Origin: Hormiphora californensis
Taxonomy: Eukaryota; Animalia; Ctenophora
Length of the DNA stretch: 64,000 bases
Direction of reading: 5' to 3'
NCBI GenBank assembly: GCA_020137815.1
Contig: CM035359.1
Span: 2,542,001 to 2,606,000 of the forward strand
Under the pieces are notes generated by a model. It saw nothing but the letters and a program-made list of their open reading frames with translations, was not told the DNA's origin and did no database searches. The translations under genes were made by a program, and so were the position numbers. This document shows positions 1 to 60,296 of the stretch, in pieces; within the stretch, counting starts at the first letter, position 1, and each line of letters starts with the position of its first letter.

Positions 1-988
1 GATTGTGAGCGCGAGGATTCGATTCAAATGTGTCTCTGTGTGCTGGGGGTGAGTCTTCAAATATGAGGGCTTGGGGTCTTCTGATATATGAGATCGAGAG
101 TGTGCATCAGAGGACCAGGTGTGCACACATAATATGAGCTCTTATAAGTAATGGATGACTGACTCTCACTCTCTGCTGGGGGTCTCTTCAACCCTCTAGA
201 CATCGTATTATACTATACAGGCTATACTAGGGGTAGGGGTGTCTCTGTTCTAGCTCCATTAAAATCTCACAGTTCACACTCTACACACATCTACAATCAG
301 ACTCATTAAATATGGAGATAGTGTAATATTACCGTAATATCTGGGTATCCAGGGTATCATTGATTTGCTACTCTCCAAGGGTTTGTCTCCATTGTATTGA
401 TGTGATTCTAGGGAGAATCTAAATATTCCGTGTATGTGTTTTCCCAAGGGATACGGGGATGTGTCAGCACTCTCCCAACTGTACATTACTCCCTCTCCTA
501 CCTTGTAATTTTCAATGTTCAATGAACACTGCTCATACCGGAATAGAAGCTTCTAAATAACGAGTCAGATCTTACCAGTAACCAGCATGTTCCCACGAAA
601 TGTTATGTTATGTGGGTTTGAATTCGAGAGTTATGCGGTGGTTTAGAGTTCGGTGCGGTTTACTAACAACATGTAGTTGTTAGGGCATAATAATACACCC
701 TGTTACAGGGAGAGTACTAGAGTACTTCCTGTTTAGCGTGTAGTAGAGATGACAGAAGTCTCTTCTGCTGTCAGGGGGGACTATTGCATACACCCCACGC
801 CCCCTATTATAGATGTCTACTACCATTCATCTATTACAGTCTTGATAGTCATATAAAGGAAGATCTAAAAACATTGTGGCCCAAATCTATCCCCCAATAA
901 ATGATCACAACCACAAACTATCGCCCCATTCTATGAAGTTCAACTAACTCTAATTGATTATTTAATTGGTTAATTAATTGATTTCCAG

Positions 989-49180
<48,192 letters not shown>

Positions 49181-49914
49181 ATCTAAGAAAAATGGAGAGA
49201 GAGAGAGAGTTTTATCATTTTTGACGAGGATATAAACAAGTATTTTATCACATTTTTTATTTCGTTCAATGTTTAGTATATTGATCATATATATCTTTCC
49301 ATATTGGGAGAGAACAAAAAGATAGAGACTCATCAGAAAGACACTCCTAGTAGTAGTAACATAGTGTAGATTAGAGAAGTAGTGTTTTAGAGACAGAGGG
49401 GTTTAGATTGATTTGAATCTTACATTATCACTTTTTTGTTGCTTGACAACTGAAAATGTAAAGTATTTATATCGTTATCATTTACTCGGGTAGAGTAGTG
49501 TGTGTGTCAAGTTATCAAATATTATACAACACCCTTTTTTCGTTCATCCTATTTTTGTCAGATCTGTGGCCCCCTGATACATTATTGTTCCATGTGCATT
49601 TGTACATATCTTTTTTTTCTGAAATAGGTCACATGGTAATATAAGGGCACAATGAGTTGTGTTATACATTTTTTGCTGAAGTGAGTTGTTGCCTAATAAT
49701 TGATATGTACGGTATCATGCAGAATCATTCGGTAAAATATCCGTGTTTTAATTTGTTTCAAATTGGGTATTATCTCGAGACATGAGACTTGTAATTGTGT
49801 GTACCCAGCTGTACTCATCATGTTTCATCTTGATATGGGCTGGAACTAAAGCAAGATAAACAATAACGAACGGCTCGAGAATCGGTCATGGTTTCACTTC
49901 ACTTTCTGGCAATC

Positions 49915-50035
49915 TGGCGGCAACCAATCGGGTGTTCTGTAGAAACGCCCAAAAGTTCCCAAGGGCACCGCGCGCCAAAATCAGGGTCCTTGTCAAACGC
50001 CGGATGCGTCGCGCGTTCCAATTACGTGATTTAGG
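49915..50035 (+). promoter_or_regulatory. Possible CpG-rich promoter patch
   Basis: CCAAT at 49924, E2F-like CGCGCCAAAA at 49971, local CpG cluster in AT-rich surroundings. Confidence 0.3.
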
Positions 50036-50096
50036 GCTCTCCCTGAGGCAGACATTCAGTTTTGGGTTTTTGTTCTAATTCTCTTCCCTTCCCCAG

Positions 50097-53000
50097 GTTG
50101 AAGAACATAGCCAAGTTCTGTCATTGAGCATGCTCGCAGAGACTGCTGTTAAACAGACCTGTTCCACAGAGATCAGCGCTGTTAAACAGACCTGTTCCAC
50201 AGAGATCAGCGCTGTTAAACAGACCTGTTCCACAGAGATCAGCGCTGTTAAACAGACCTGTTCCACAGAGAGCAGCGCTGTTAAACAGACCTGTTCCACA
50301 GAGATCAGCGCTGTTAAACAGACCTGTTTCTCAAATACAGACAGTACAACAGTACAGAGAGGCTTCTCAGACAAAACCTCTTTGGTTACAGAAAGTGCAA
50401 GGGTCGTTAATACTAGTCGTCATAAAATAAGTCATACTGCAAGTACCAATGTTACCAGCGTAGAGAGAGAAACCAGTAGCGTCAAGTCTGCTGTGTACAA
50501 TCGATCCGTACAGAGCCTTGAGTCTCTAAGAGATACCAGTATTTCTCCAGTTGCCCTTGAGTCTCTAAGAGATACCAGTATTTCTCCAGTGGCCCCTGAA
50601 TCTCTGAGAGAGACCCGCATTTCTCCAATAATCCCTGAATCTCTGATAGATACCAGCATTTCTCCAACAATCCCTGAATCTCTGCGAGATACCAGTATTT
50701 CTCCAATAATCCCTGAATCTCTGAGAGAGACCAGTATTTCTCCACCCCTCAGTGGATCCGTCTCCCCACCCCTTCGTCAGACTAGCACACCTGTTTCAGA
50801 CTCAGGATACTGCTCCACATGGGCAAACCAAACTGCAAAAGAACCAGTAAAAAGTGGTCCTGATTTTCCAACTAGAGCTCCCAACACCGAATCTGCGGGT
50901 GAGGCTAACGGTCCTGATGGAGATCTGCCATACCGTGTGTCAACTGAGTCTCGTGTCTCGCCTGACGTGTACTCAAAATCTCCAATGCTACAAGAAACAC
51001 CGCGTTCTCTTGTCTCACCTGTGGGGCGATCAGACAGCTCAGAATCTTCCTCGTCATCTCATGTGACAAGGAGTGAGAGGAGGAAGTTTTCTAAAAAGTG
51101 GGCATGGCTAAGTGAGGATGACGGGGAGGACCAGGATTCTGGCAGCGAGGAGTTAAACTCAATAAAATCTAGAATGAAGTTTCTACAGGACAGGTCATCG
51201 ACCTCTCCTCCTTCTCCTTCATCGCGATCTCCTGAAAAATCTTCGGTTGATCAGACAGAACAACCTGTGCCACAACGCCGAGGTTCCCTACGAGTCCTCG
51301 AAATGGCGAGGAAATTTGAAGTCAAGAAAGAGGAGAAACCAGTGATAAAAGTAGGGTCAACAAAGAGATGTATAGCAGATAGGTTCACAGCGAAGATAAA
51401 ATTTATGAAGGAGCAGGAGAATCAAAAAGTGTCGTCACTGGTGGAGCCCTCTATTGACAGAGTAGTAACACCAACTTCGGGTACCCCTTGGGCAACAGGA
51501 GAGGGAAAAGTATTAACATCAGAACTAACTGAACAACCGACTGAGAATCGAATATTATCGTCTAGTCCTCTGAAACAATCACCCCCTAAAGTGGCCCCGA
51601 AACAACCACCCCCTAAAGTGGCCCCGAAACCTGCAATCCGGAGTAAACCCTTTCTCCGGTTTGAGGACATTATCCCCCCACCACCACCACCAGAGGACTG
51701 TGATGAAACATCAGACGGAAATAAGGGGTTACTCTCAGGCAAAATGCCACTGACAGCGATTATTGAAACTAGCAAAGAAGAAGTTGAAACATCTAACGGG
51801 ACAGATGAAAAAGAAGAAAAGATGGAACAGAGTTTATGGACGTCAATAAAACATGTTGCGTCACCCGTTGTTGGGAGGGTGCCTGACAGTAACTCACCAC
51901 CACGACCACCAAGATCAGACATTCAAGTTCCACAAACAGACATTCCAATTCCAAAATCAGATATTCCAGTACCACAATCAGACAATCCATCACACTGTTC
52001 AACAGAGAACCCCAGCGAAGAACTTCCAGAGATACCAACAGAAGACGATGTTAATGAACTCTCTAACTCCGAAGGATCAGATCTTGAACTAAACCTGGCC
52101 GACTGCCAATCCTGTTCCACAGAATCAGAGGAATCCGAACACGATCTCAGACTACAGTTTCGACAGAGCATCACTCTGACCGACAAAACAGAGCCCAAAA
52201 GATCTGACGCTTCTGAGTTTCTAGTTGATCCTCTGGAGAAGGCTTTAGAAGCCATAGAAAGAAGGAGGTCATCAGCACTTTTAGAATCTACTGAGGGAGT
52301 TGAAGCGGTTGATGTGACTGAGGAGAGTCTGATTGTGAAGCAAACCATTGTGGACTTGGATGAATGTATCTCGCCGGATCCTCCAATCCTAGCACACAGA
52401 GCTTTCTCCCCTGTCACAACCCTCCCGGCACACAGAGATTACTCCCCCGCCGCAACCCTCCCGGCACACAGAACTTTCTCCCCTGCCGCAACCCAGATCC
52501 CACTACTAGAAAATGAAGAGTCTCTAGAAACTGTTGGTCTGAAACAGGATGGCTGCAAGACAACACGATTTGTATTTGTTAATGCTGCCGTCTCAACTCC
52601 AACCACTGAACCACTATTGGCTACGGAAGATATAATCACAGTTGAAGTCGAGACGGCTCCATTGGGTACAGAAGATTTCATAGTCCAGACGGATCTCGAT
52701 GAGTTAGTTGAAGTCCAAACGGATCACCATGAGTTAGTTGAAGTCCAGACGGATCACTATGAGTTAGAATGGGACTGTTACTCTGTTGACTCTATCAACT
52801 CACAGCAGGATCAGATCTCTGTCATGTCAGTAGTCTCCTACTTTGGTAGTGAGGTTGATCTTTGTACTGCTGTGGAGGAACAACTGGAGGTTGATCTTTG
52901 TACTGCTGTCGAGGAAGCACTGGAGGAAGAAGTGTTTTGCTACGAGCTGAAACAAGATCATGAGGACCAACACGGCAAGTTTAGCATTCACGAAGGGGAA

Positions 53001-55998
53001 CACGTGTTTGGTGACCAAGATGTCCTCTCCACAGCTGAAGAGATCCATGTTCTGGTTAGGGAAACTGTGGGGGTCAACTGTGGCGACAATGAGTTTCCAC
53101 TGGGAGATAACGGTGAGGCAGATCGAGAGGTGTCACCTGAAGAAGATCACATATCACTGATCCGTGATCAGCTGTCACCTGCTGAAGATCACATATCACT
53201 GGACTGTGATCAGCTGTCACCTGCTGAAGATCACATATCATTGTACCGTGATCAGCTGTTACCTGAAGAAGATTACATAGATCGTGAAGTGTCGTGTGAG
53301 GTGTCATGCGAGGACAATGTGAGTCCTATTTTAGAAGATCGAAACTGTTTGTCAAAACACAATAGCTCAGCCGAATCCTCTAACTGTTTGTCAAAGGAGG
53401 ACAGCTCAGGGGAATCGACTAACACCACACCACTATCCGCACCAAACATTTCTGTGGGTGAACACTGGAACAACAGAGACATTGCAGATGAAAAGTTTTC
53501 CAAAGAAGTGTCTCCCATCAGACAAACTTCTCTTGAGAGCTCCCTACTATCTTCCTCTAGCCAGGAGTCTGTAGAGTCTTCAAGACAACTGTCTGTAGAG
53601 TCATCTAGAAACGTGTCTCTGGAGTCTTCTAGACAGCCCTCACAGTCATCGTCTAGACAGGTGTCTCTGGAGTCTGCTGAATTTGACAATGACGGCTCCC
53701 TCCGCAAAGATGACATCATCACTAGTGACGTCATCACGTCTAGTGAGGGGGATGTGGTGAAGAAGTCTAAAGAGCATGGACCACGGTTGTACCATTATCT
53801 AGTAGATGAGGATGCGACTAGTTATCAAATCACCTCATTCAGCGCTACATCAGATTCAATGGGATCAGTGGAAGATCTCCTGCAGAGGAAGATCAGTTCA
53901 GAACTAACTCACATCACACCCAGATCTGATACTGAGGAGAAACAAGGAGAGGAATTAGAAAGCATGCATTTAGCGGATGGTGAAGAAGAAGAAGATGAGG
54001 AAGATGAAGAAGATGAGGAAGAAGAAGATGATGAGAAGTCAGAGGATGTGAGCTCTACAGAGGTCCTAATGAGCATTATCAGTAAAACCATGCCATCCAA
54101 AGAGCCCAGTGATGAATCCTCAACTCCCAAGGGTCACTCAGGTGATATGGAGTTTGAGAGGTTGTATCTGGAGACAGCTACAGCACTAGAGATGCTGAGT
54201 GCGGCAGAAGAAGGAGAAGCGTTCTCAGAATCGTTCCGTGAAGCAACCCTGAGTTATAGCGAGAAATATCACAGGCTTAGTTTTAGTGATGAACGGCAAG
54301 AAGTCCGGCCCCTCAACCCTTCCCCGCCTAGCAAGTCTCTATTCACTGACTCTAAGCAAGGAACAGTTTATTACCCCATGATGATGATGATGAAATTACC
54401 AGAACCAGACTATCTCTTGTCATGTCCTCATCCTCATCCTCCTCGTCGCATCACGTCTCAACACGGGTTATAGGCTGTTCAGAGTACAAATCCCAGATTG
54501 GGTGTTCTCTAACCCAGCACGTTTCTCACATTCTGAACAGTGACGATATTTTAGTCAATAAGACCAGTAGCTCTCGATCTAGTGAGGAGGGGGAGTCACC
54601 TGAACTTCAACCCTGCAATGATGATGGAGATTCAGATAGTGATAGCTCCGTCTCTGAAGCCTCGACAATTGAATCAGACGATGGAGAGGAGGAGGAAGGA
54701 GACCAGAGTCGACCTGGTTCCTTTATCAGACCAGTCTACAAGCATCAAAGCTCCAAACTTGTCTCCCTGGACGGGGGAGAGTTGCATCAGGTGAGGGTGA
54801 AAGTAGACACACGAAATGAGGAGAGTGTGAGACTATTCGAGGGGCTGCGGAAGGGCCCCGTCACTAACAATGTGGATGATTCACCGACCCCAGACCCCAG
54901 GATCTCCCAAATGTCAGTTAGTGACGTCACATTCCTGGACGCGGAAGATCTCGAGAAACTTACCAGATAACTTGTTGAGTAAGGGGTTAACAGATAACAG
55001 CTTCCAACCAAAACAACGAGCAGCAGATCAGTACGATTTCCTGGAACTGAGCCCAAAACTCCACCTTCACAGATCTCCCTCCTCTGTGTCAGGTTCATAT
55101 GATCCGGTGGCAGTAACACCCGGCACCACACCCACCAACATCACCCACCACGTGAAGGTGATCCATAGTTGCAGTGTAGGGCAATAGTGAAGATGGGGAT
55201 TACGAGTGTTTGAGGATGTTGGGGTCTCCTGAGATGAGTGGAATTAAACCACCACCAAGGGTTGAATCTCTCAAGAAGGGGTCTACCGCTGGAGGGGTTA
55301 CTAAAATAACACCGGCCCAGATTGAAGTTACTAAGTTCTCGAGGAAGGTGTCCTACCAGCCATTAGGACCACTTGTGGTTGATCAAAGTGTGGATATATC
55401 CTCTATTCAGCAATTTAATAGGGATTTAATTGCCAAAGAGCCAGAGGCTAGGGCGGCAAAGTCGGGTAAATCGTGGAAAAAGGGATCATTTAAAGATCTG
55501 ATCAAAAAGATGAAAGCACCCAAGAGTTCATCTCCAGAATTCTTTGAAGATGACATAGATCGGCCAGAGTTGGATATCTCTGGACCTATAATGGTGTCAT
55601 CTAGTGTCCGGACCAACTCAGAACATCTAGTCACTGATGCAGCCCGGTCTGGATCCTACAGTATCTCCACTCAAAAGGTGGTACTAAACGACACTCTATC
55701 TGAGGTATCAGAATGCCCAGAGTTCAGCAGTACCTATAATATTGATAAGGTGGACCGGGTTAACGGATTCTTTCTGCCAAACTCCGCCCAAAAACAGGTG
55801 AAGTTCATGGATGAAAGCGAGTTGGCGTATACCAGCCAGCAGAGGTTGGTGTTCAGGAAGTCAGACCCCGCCGCACCTGATCCCTTCTCCCTGCCCCTAC
55901 ATACTCAGGGAGGGGGTCGAGATAGGGTCCATAGTGGAACTAGGAGTGGAATTGAGAAACTAGCAAAGGCAATCAAGTGGCCAAAGAAGAGAAATTAA
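50097..55998 (+). CDS. Giant single exon encoding a ~1,965-aa Ser/Glu/Pro-rich disordered protein region; three apparent 1-nt indels
   Basis: Strong acceptor at 50096; ORFs 50124-54473, 54422-54970, 54870-55187 and 55210-55998 join by single-base changes in short homopolymers (~54360, ~54957, ~55180). Coding repeats of 11 aa (SAVKQTCSTEI) and 13 aa (ESLRDTSISPIIP). Confidence 0.75.
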
Positions 55999-57512
55999 AC
56001 TTCTTCTTTTACTTCTTCAGAGTGTCTGGGTTTTGGGAAGACACTAAACTGTTAAAAGTCCCTGCTTTCTAGTGTCTAATGTTTGAATGAGCTGTGAATT
56101 TGCAAATTGTGTATTTTGTCATGATGTTGGGTAACAACAAGTATTTTGTATAGGGACAGGATCCCTGTTTCACTGTCCATGTTGTGATATTGTACGTTCA
56201 CATTATGATATTATATGATATTATTATTATGATATTATAGTTTGTACACTTTGGTAAAACGAGAGTTTTTATTCTTCTTGCCCATGGTGGGTTTGGGAGA
56301 GTTTTGTGATACTTCCTAAAGAGGAAAATATTAGAAAACTATTGAACGGTAAAATAGACCCTTGAGGCCAGTTAGACCCAATTTGAATTATACTGAATTA
56401 GGTCACCTTACCGACCTCATTTCCCGGTGAAAAGTTGTAACTGGGGTGAATTTAATCAAATTATGCTCAATTAGGACACTTTCCCGACCTCTGCGGGATT
56501 GGAAAAGTTGCTTACGTGATTCAGCGTATCAAAATTAGTCGGGTACAGCGGTTTTCGCTTTGATATGAATAAGTTTCAGTTTTTACTGTCCGATCTTGCC
56601 TCTTGGTCAAATGATTAAGTTGGGTCAGTCTGTGCGCTCCCTAAGTGCAATACTAATAAACCTGGTGTCTGTAAATCATAAAGTTTTGTATAGTTACCAT
56701 GGTAACAACACACAGTTCACTTGTATAGTTACCATGGTAAGTGGTAACAACACAACGCTATAAAAAGCCTAGCTTGTCTTTTCCCCAGTCAGTACACGGC
56801 ATAGCTATCATCCCTGTGGTTAAGCTTAACTTCAAGGTCGCCAGATGTCTAATATATGCTGTATTTCACCATAGTTAAACACAAATTTCTTCTAAAAAAG
56901 AGAGATAAATGAAAGAGACAAATGACCAACACACTTCTATCTGTGTGTGTTGTGGTCGATTGTTGATTTTCCCAGTCGCCAGATGTCTAATAGTAGTATG
57001 CTGTATTTCACAAAAGTTAAACACGAAATTCCTCCTTTTCCTGTCAGGCCAATGCTCTGACCACAGTTCTCGCGCGCTCCGACACGAGAATGGGTCAGGC
57101 CAATGCTCTGACAGTCCTTTTCGGAGTTCCCCAATTTCTCCTAGATGAATGACCAATACACAGCTAACTGTGTGTGTTGTGGTCGTTTGTTGATTTTCCC
57201 AGTCACGCAGCTAACGACTCCGTCGACTCCAACTATCATTCCTGTGGTTAGATTAGCTTCAAGGTCACGCCAGGATTTGCTCCATTCTGCTCGTAAAAGA
57301 GGTTTTTACGTAGCACACGATGACAGACATTTGTTGTGGCAGGCAGCTGATTGTGTAATAAACTTTGTAAATAGACACCCAGTATTATTCTAACGTCAAA
57401 TGGAGACTCGCTCAGTCGGGCTGGGTTAGTAATAATAATAATGTTGTTGGATTCACAGCGAATCTCCATATTTTGTCGAATAAAAAGATGACCAGTTTTC
57501 AATTTCATGTTT

Positions 57513-57704
57513 GGGTCAGCACACACCAACGTTAAAATTAAAATTAAATTTTGACGTTTTTGGTCATAACTCTGCTATTTCTTGGCAAAATTGCTTCATT
57601 TTGGGCTTGTTGGAAAGAGGACATCGAGCCCGTTCTGAACAGCCCAAGAAACCAAAAACGTCAAATTTTAACTTAAATTTTAACGTTGGTGTGTGCTGAC
57701 CCTA
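57513..57704. mobile_element. hAT-like palindromic MITE
   Basis: GGGTCAGCACACACCAACGTTAAAATT inverted ends; 8-bp TCATGTTT duplication at 57505-57512 and 57705-57712. Confidence 0.85.
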
Positions 57705-57724
57705 TCATGTTTCCACCTGCAGCT

Positions 57725-58372
57725 ATGTTTTGTATTCTCCTTTTCTTTGTGTTATTGAGGGATACTGCACTGGGTGGTAAGATCGTTCTGATAAACCCAA
57801 CTTCGAGAAGTTCGAGCAGTGGTAGGGACGCCTCAGCTGCTATTGATGGTGATTTGGCAACAGAGTACCATTCTCTGACATCAGATGTTGAGGAATGGAT
57901 AAAGTTTGATTTGCAGGACCCGTCAAGTATATCAACTGTTACCATGGTGGGAAGGTAAGATTATAACCTCGATTTACCAGACTTCTCGTGGTTTGTTTAT
58001 TTAGTAAATCGAGGTTCCGGTAAATCGAGAGATCTAGTAAACCAAAAGTTAAAGACATTTTAAATTTAGAACATTTTGCAAATCAAATTTTTCATCCCTT
58101 TAGGGCAAACTATGGTACCTATGGATACCGTATTCAGGGGACCCAAGTCCGAATCTATAGTGAACAAAAAGGAGCTTGGACCACTTGTGGAACTGTTGAT
58201 GAGGTCCATTTATCCAACCCAGAGTACACCATTACCTGCCCCACTGACATCATAGCAACCAAATTGTGGTTGTATGATGACACTGTGGCAACGAATGGGG
58301 CTAATTATAATGATGACGGAGTGATCATGGTTATAAAGGAGGTTACCGTTTATGGACGTGGACTTTCAATGG
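57725..58372 (+). CDS. Divergent secreted F-type lectin/F5-8C-like protein (exons 57725-57954, 58104-58372)
   Basis: Signal peptide, AAIDGDLATEYHS...EWIKFDL...VTMVGR/ANY...TCG...YTITC...IKEVTVYG; same intron position and phase as the nested copies. Confidence 0.8.
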
Positions 58373-59756
58373 GTAAATTTAAAACTATTATTATGTTTAA
58401 TTGAAACATAAAAACAAGGAAATTTCACATAGCAAAAAATTATGAGAGTTAAATTTTATGCCCAAACTTTTAGCAAGTGACAATTTCTCTTATAGTTATA
58501 ATAACAGATTGTTACTTGCTAAATCTACAAATCAACCTTACCTAAGATATTATCAACATTTTGAACACCAAACGTTGAAAACGTTGTTCTACATGTAATA
58601 TGTGTAATATATCTTTACACGGGGGATTACGGATCCCAATTTAAAAAGAAGCCCAGGTTTTCCCCCTCGAAAATTGCTCGGTGTGTTATGCATTATGAAT
58701 TACGAAACTAAACTGTTATAATTGTCAAAAATCCCTGATTTCTAGTGCCTAAAGTTTGAACTAGCTGTAATTGTGGAAATTGTCTATTTTGTATGGGGAC
58801 AGGATCCCTGTTTCTCTGTCCATATTGTGATAATGTGTCCATATTGTGATATAGTTTGTACAATTTGGTAAAACGAGAGTTTTTCTTCTTCTTGCCTGGG
58901 CTTGGGAGTGTTTTATTATACTTCCCGAAGAAGAAGATAGTTTGGCAACTGAGCTCAGCTGAGGTTGGTATATGTCAGCCAAGTGGATTCAACCCAATTC
59001 TCTCAACTCTCACACACCCAACTCTCTCACACACAATCTCCCTTACATTTTACTGTTGTTTCAATGTTTCAAATAGCCTATTATTGATGTTTTCTATGCA
59101 TCTTTCACCTAAAATGCAAGGGTAATCCTTATTTCTGATGGATTTGGATCCCCTTGCTGTAGAAAACAGGGTTCACGACTCGTTGAGCAACAGCTGTGAA
59201 GGTAAGATCAATAAACCTGGTGTCTGTAAATCATAGAGTTGTGTATAGTTGCCATGGTAACTATACACAGTTCACTATGTTACCTTGGTAACAACACACT
59301 GGTGATGACGTAATACCAGTGCAGCTCCTCTCTCACACACACACACACACTTCATCCAAGATCTTATTAAATGAGCTGTGTCCAATCTCATGATACTATC
59401 GGTAGAGAGTCTGCTAGATATCGTATAGATCACTCCATAGTTGCTGTAATAAAAGTCTACCCTGGAGATTTTGTGTCTCTATAACTTTGTTGAGTTACCT
59501 CTCCTACCCCTTACTATAACTCTGATTTGTTTTAGTCTTACTATCTGTTATTATGTTAAGTAACTAAGTTTTGTTGTTGCAGCGAAAACCGTAAAACATC
59601 AATCGATCTGACAAAGATACAAATTACAAAAACTACCAGCCTTTGCAATGTCAATTAGTTTCTACAGCACAGACACCTTATCGGCTACATCAGTCTTAAA
59701 AAAGTCACTCTCTGAACATATTTTGTATTGTCCACTTTTCATTTCATTTAAGACAG

Positions 59757-60296
59757 CTATCTCCTACCTCCCCTTCCACCGCTATGTCCGCCTCCACTAT
59801 GTCCTCCTCCACCTCCACCACCTCTACTATGCCCTCCTCCTCCTGCGGGTGAGTTGTGAGAGGAGTGTTGTCTAGGAGACCTGACTGCTGGTGTAGTAAC
59901 CACTATTGGTCGAACTGGTGGTGTAGTAACCACTACAGCAGCTGGTGGAGGTCTAACCACGACTGCAGCTGGTCGGGCAACTATCACAGGTGCTGGGGGT
60001 CTCACCACAGGTCTAATCACAGGGGGAGGGACCACTATGGGTCTTGGTCTCGATATGATGAGGGGTGGTGGAGAGTGGATAGGGGGTGGTGGAGGGACTG
60101 ATATTACAACTGAGCTGGTTGTTTGGGGTGGTGGTGGGGGTTGTTTCCGATGGAATAGAGGTCTGCCTGTTATCAGTCGAACTCGTTCTGAGCCCCGCAC
60201 ATCTGTGATGTAGAGACAGCGACAACACAGAATCGATAGGAAGATTAGAATTCCAAATATTAGAACACCAAGAACGATCCAGTACTCCGCATCCAT
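59757..60296 (-). CDS. 179-aa single-pass membrane protein with juxtamembrane Cys cluster, Pro/Val-rich tail and Gly/His/RGG C-terminus
   Basis: ATG start, N-terminal TM WIVLGVLIFGILIFLSIL then CCRC; intronless ORF; family not recognised. Confidence 0.7.
   Translation of the reverse strand: MDAEYWIVLGVLIFGILIFLSILCCRCLYITDVRGSERVRLITGRPLFHRKQPPPPPQTTSSVVISVPPPPPIHSPPPLIISRPRPIVVPPPVIRPVVRPPAPVIVARPAAVVVRPPPAAVVVTTPPVRPIVVTTPAVRSPRQHSSHNSPAGGGGHSRGGGGGGGHSGGGHSGGRGGRR

Noticed and set aside
274-560. Possible further antisense nested exon
   Set aside because: No recognisable domain or convincing exon chain; left uncalled.
54355-55185. Programmed ribosomal frameshifting in the giant ORF
   Set aside because: No slippery heptamers; all three shifts are fixable at short homopolymers in an assembly with evident indel errors.
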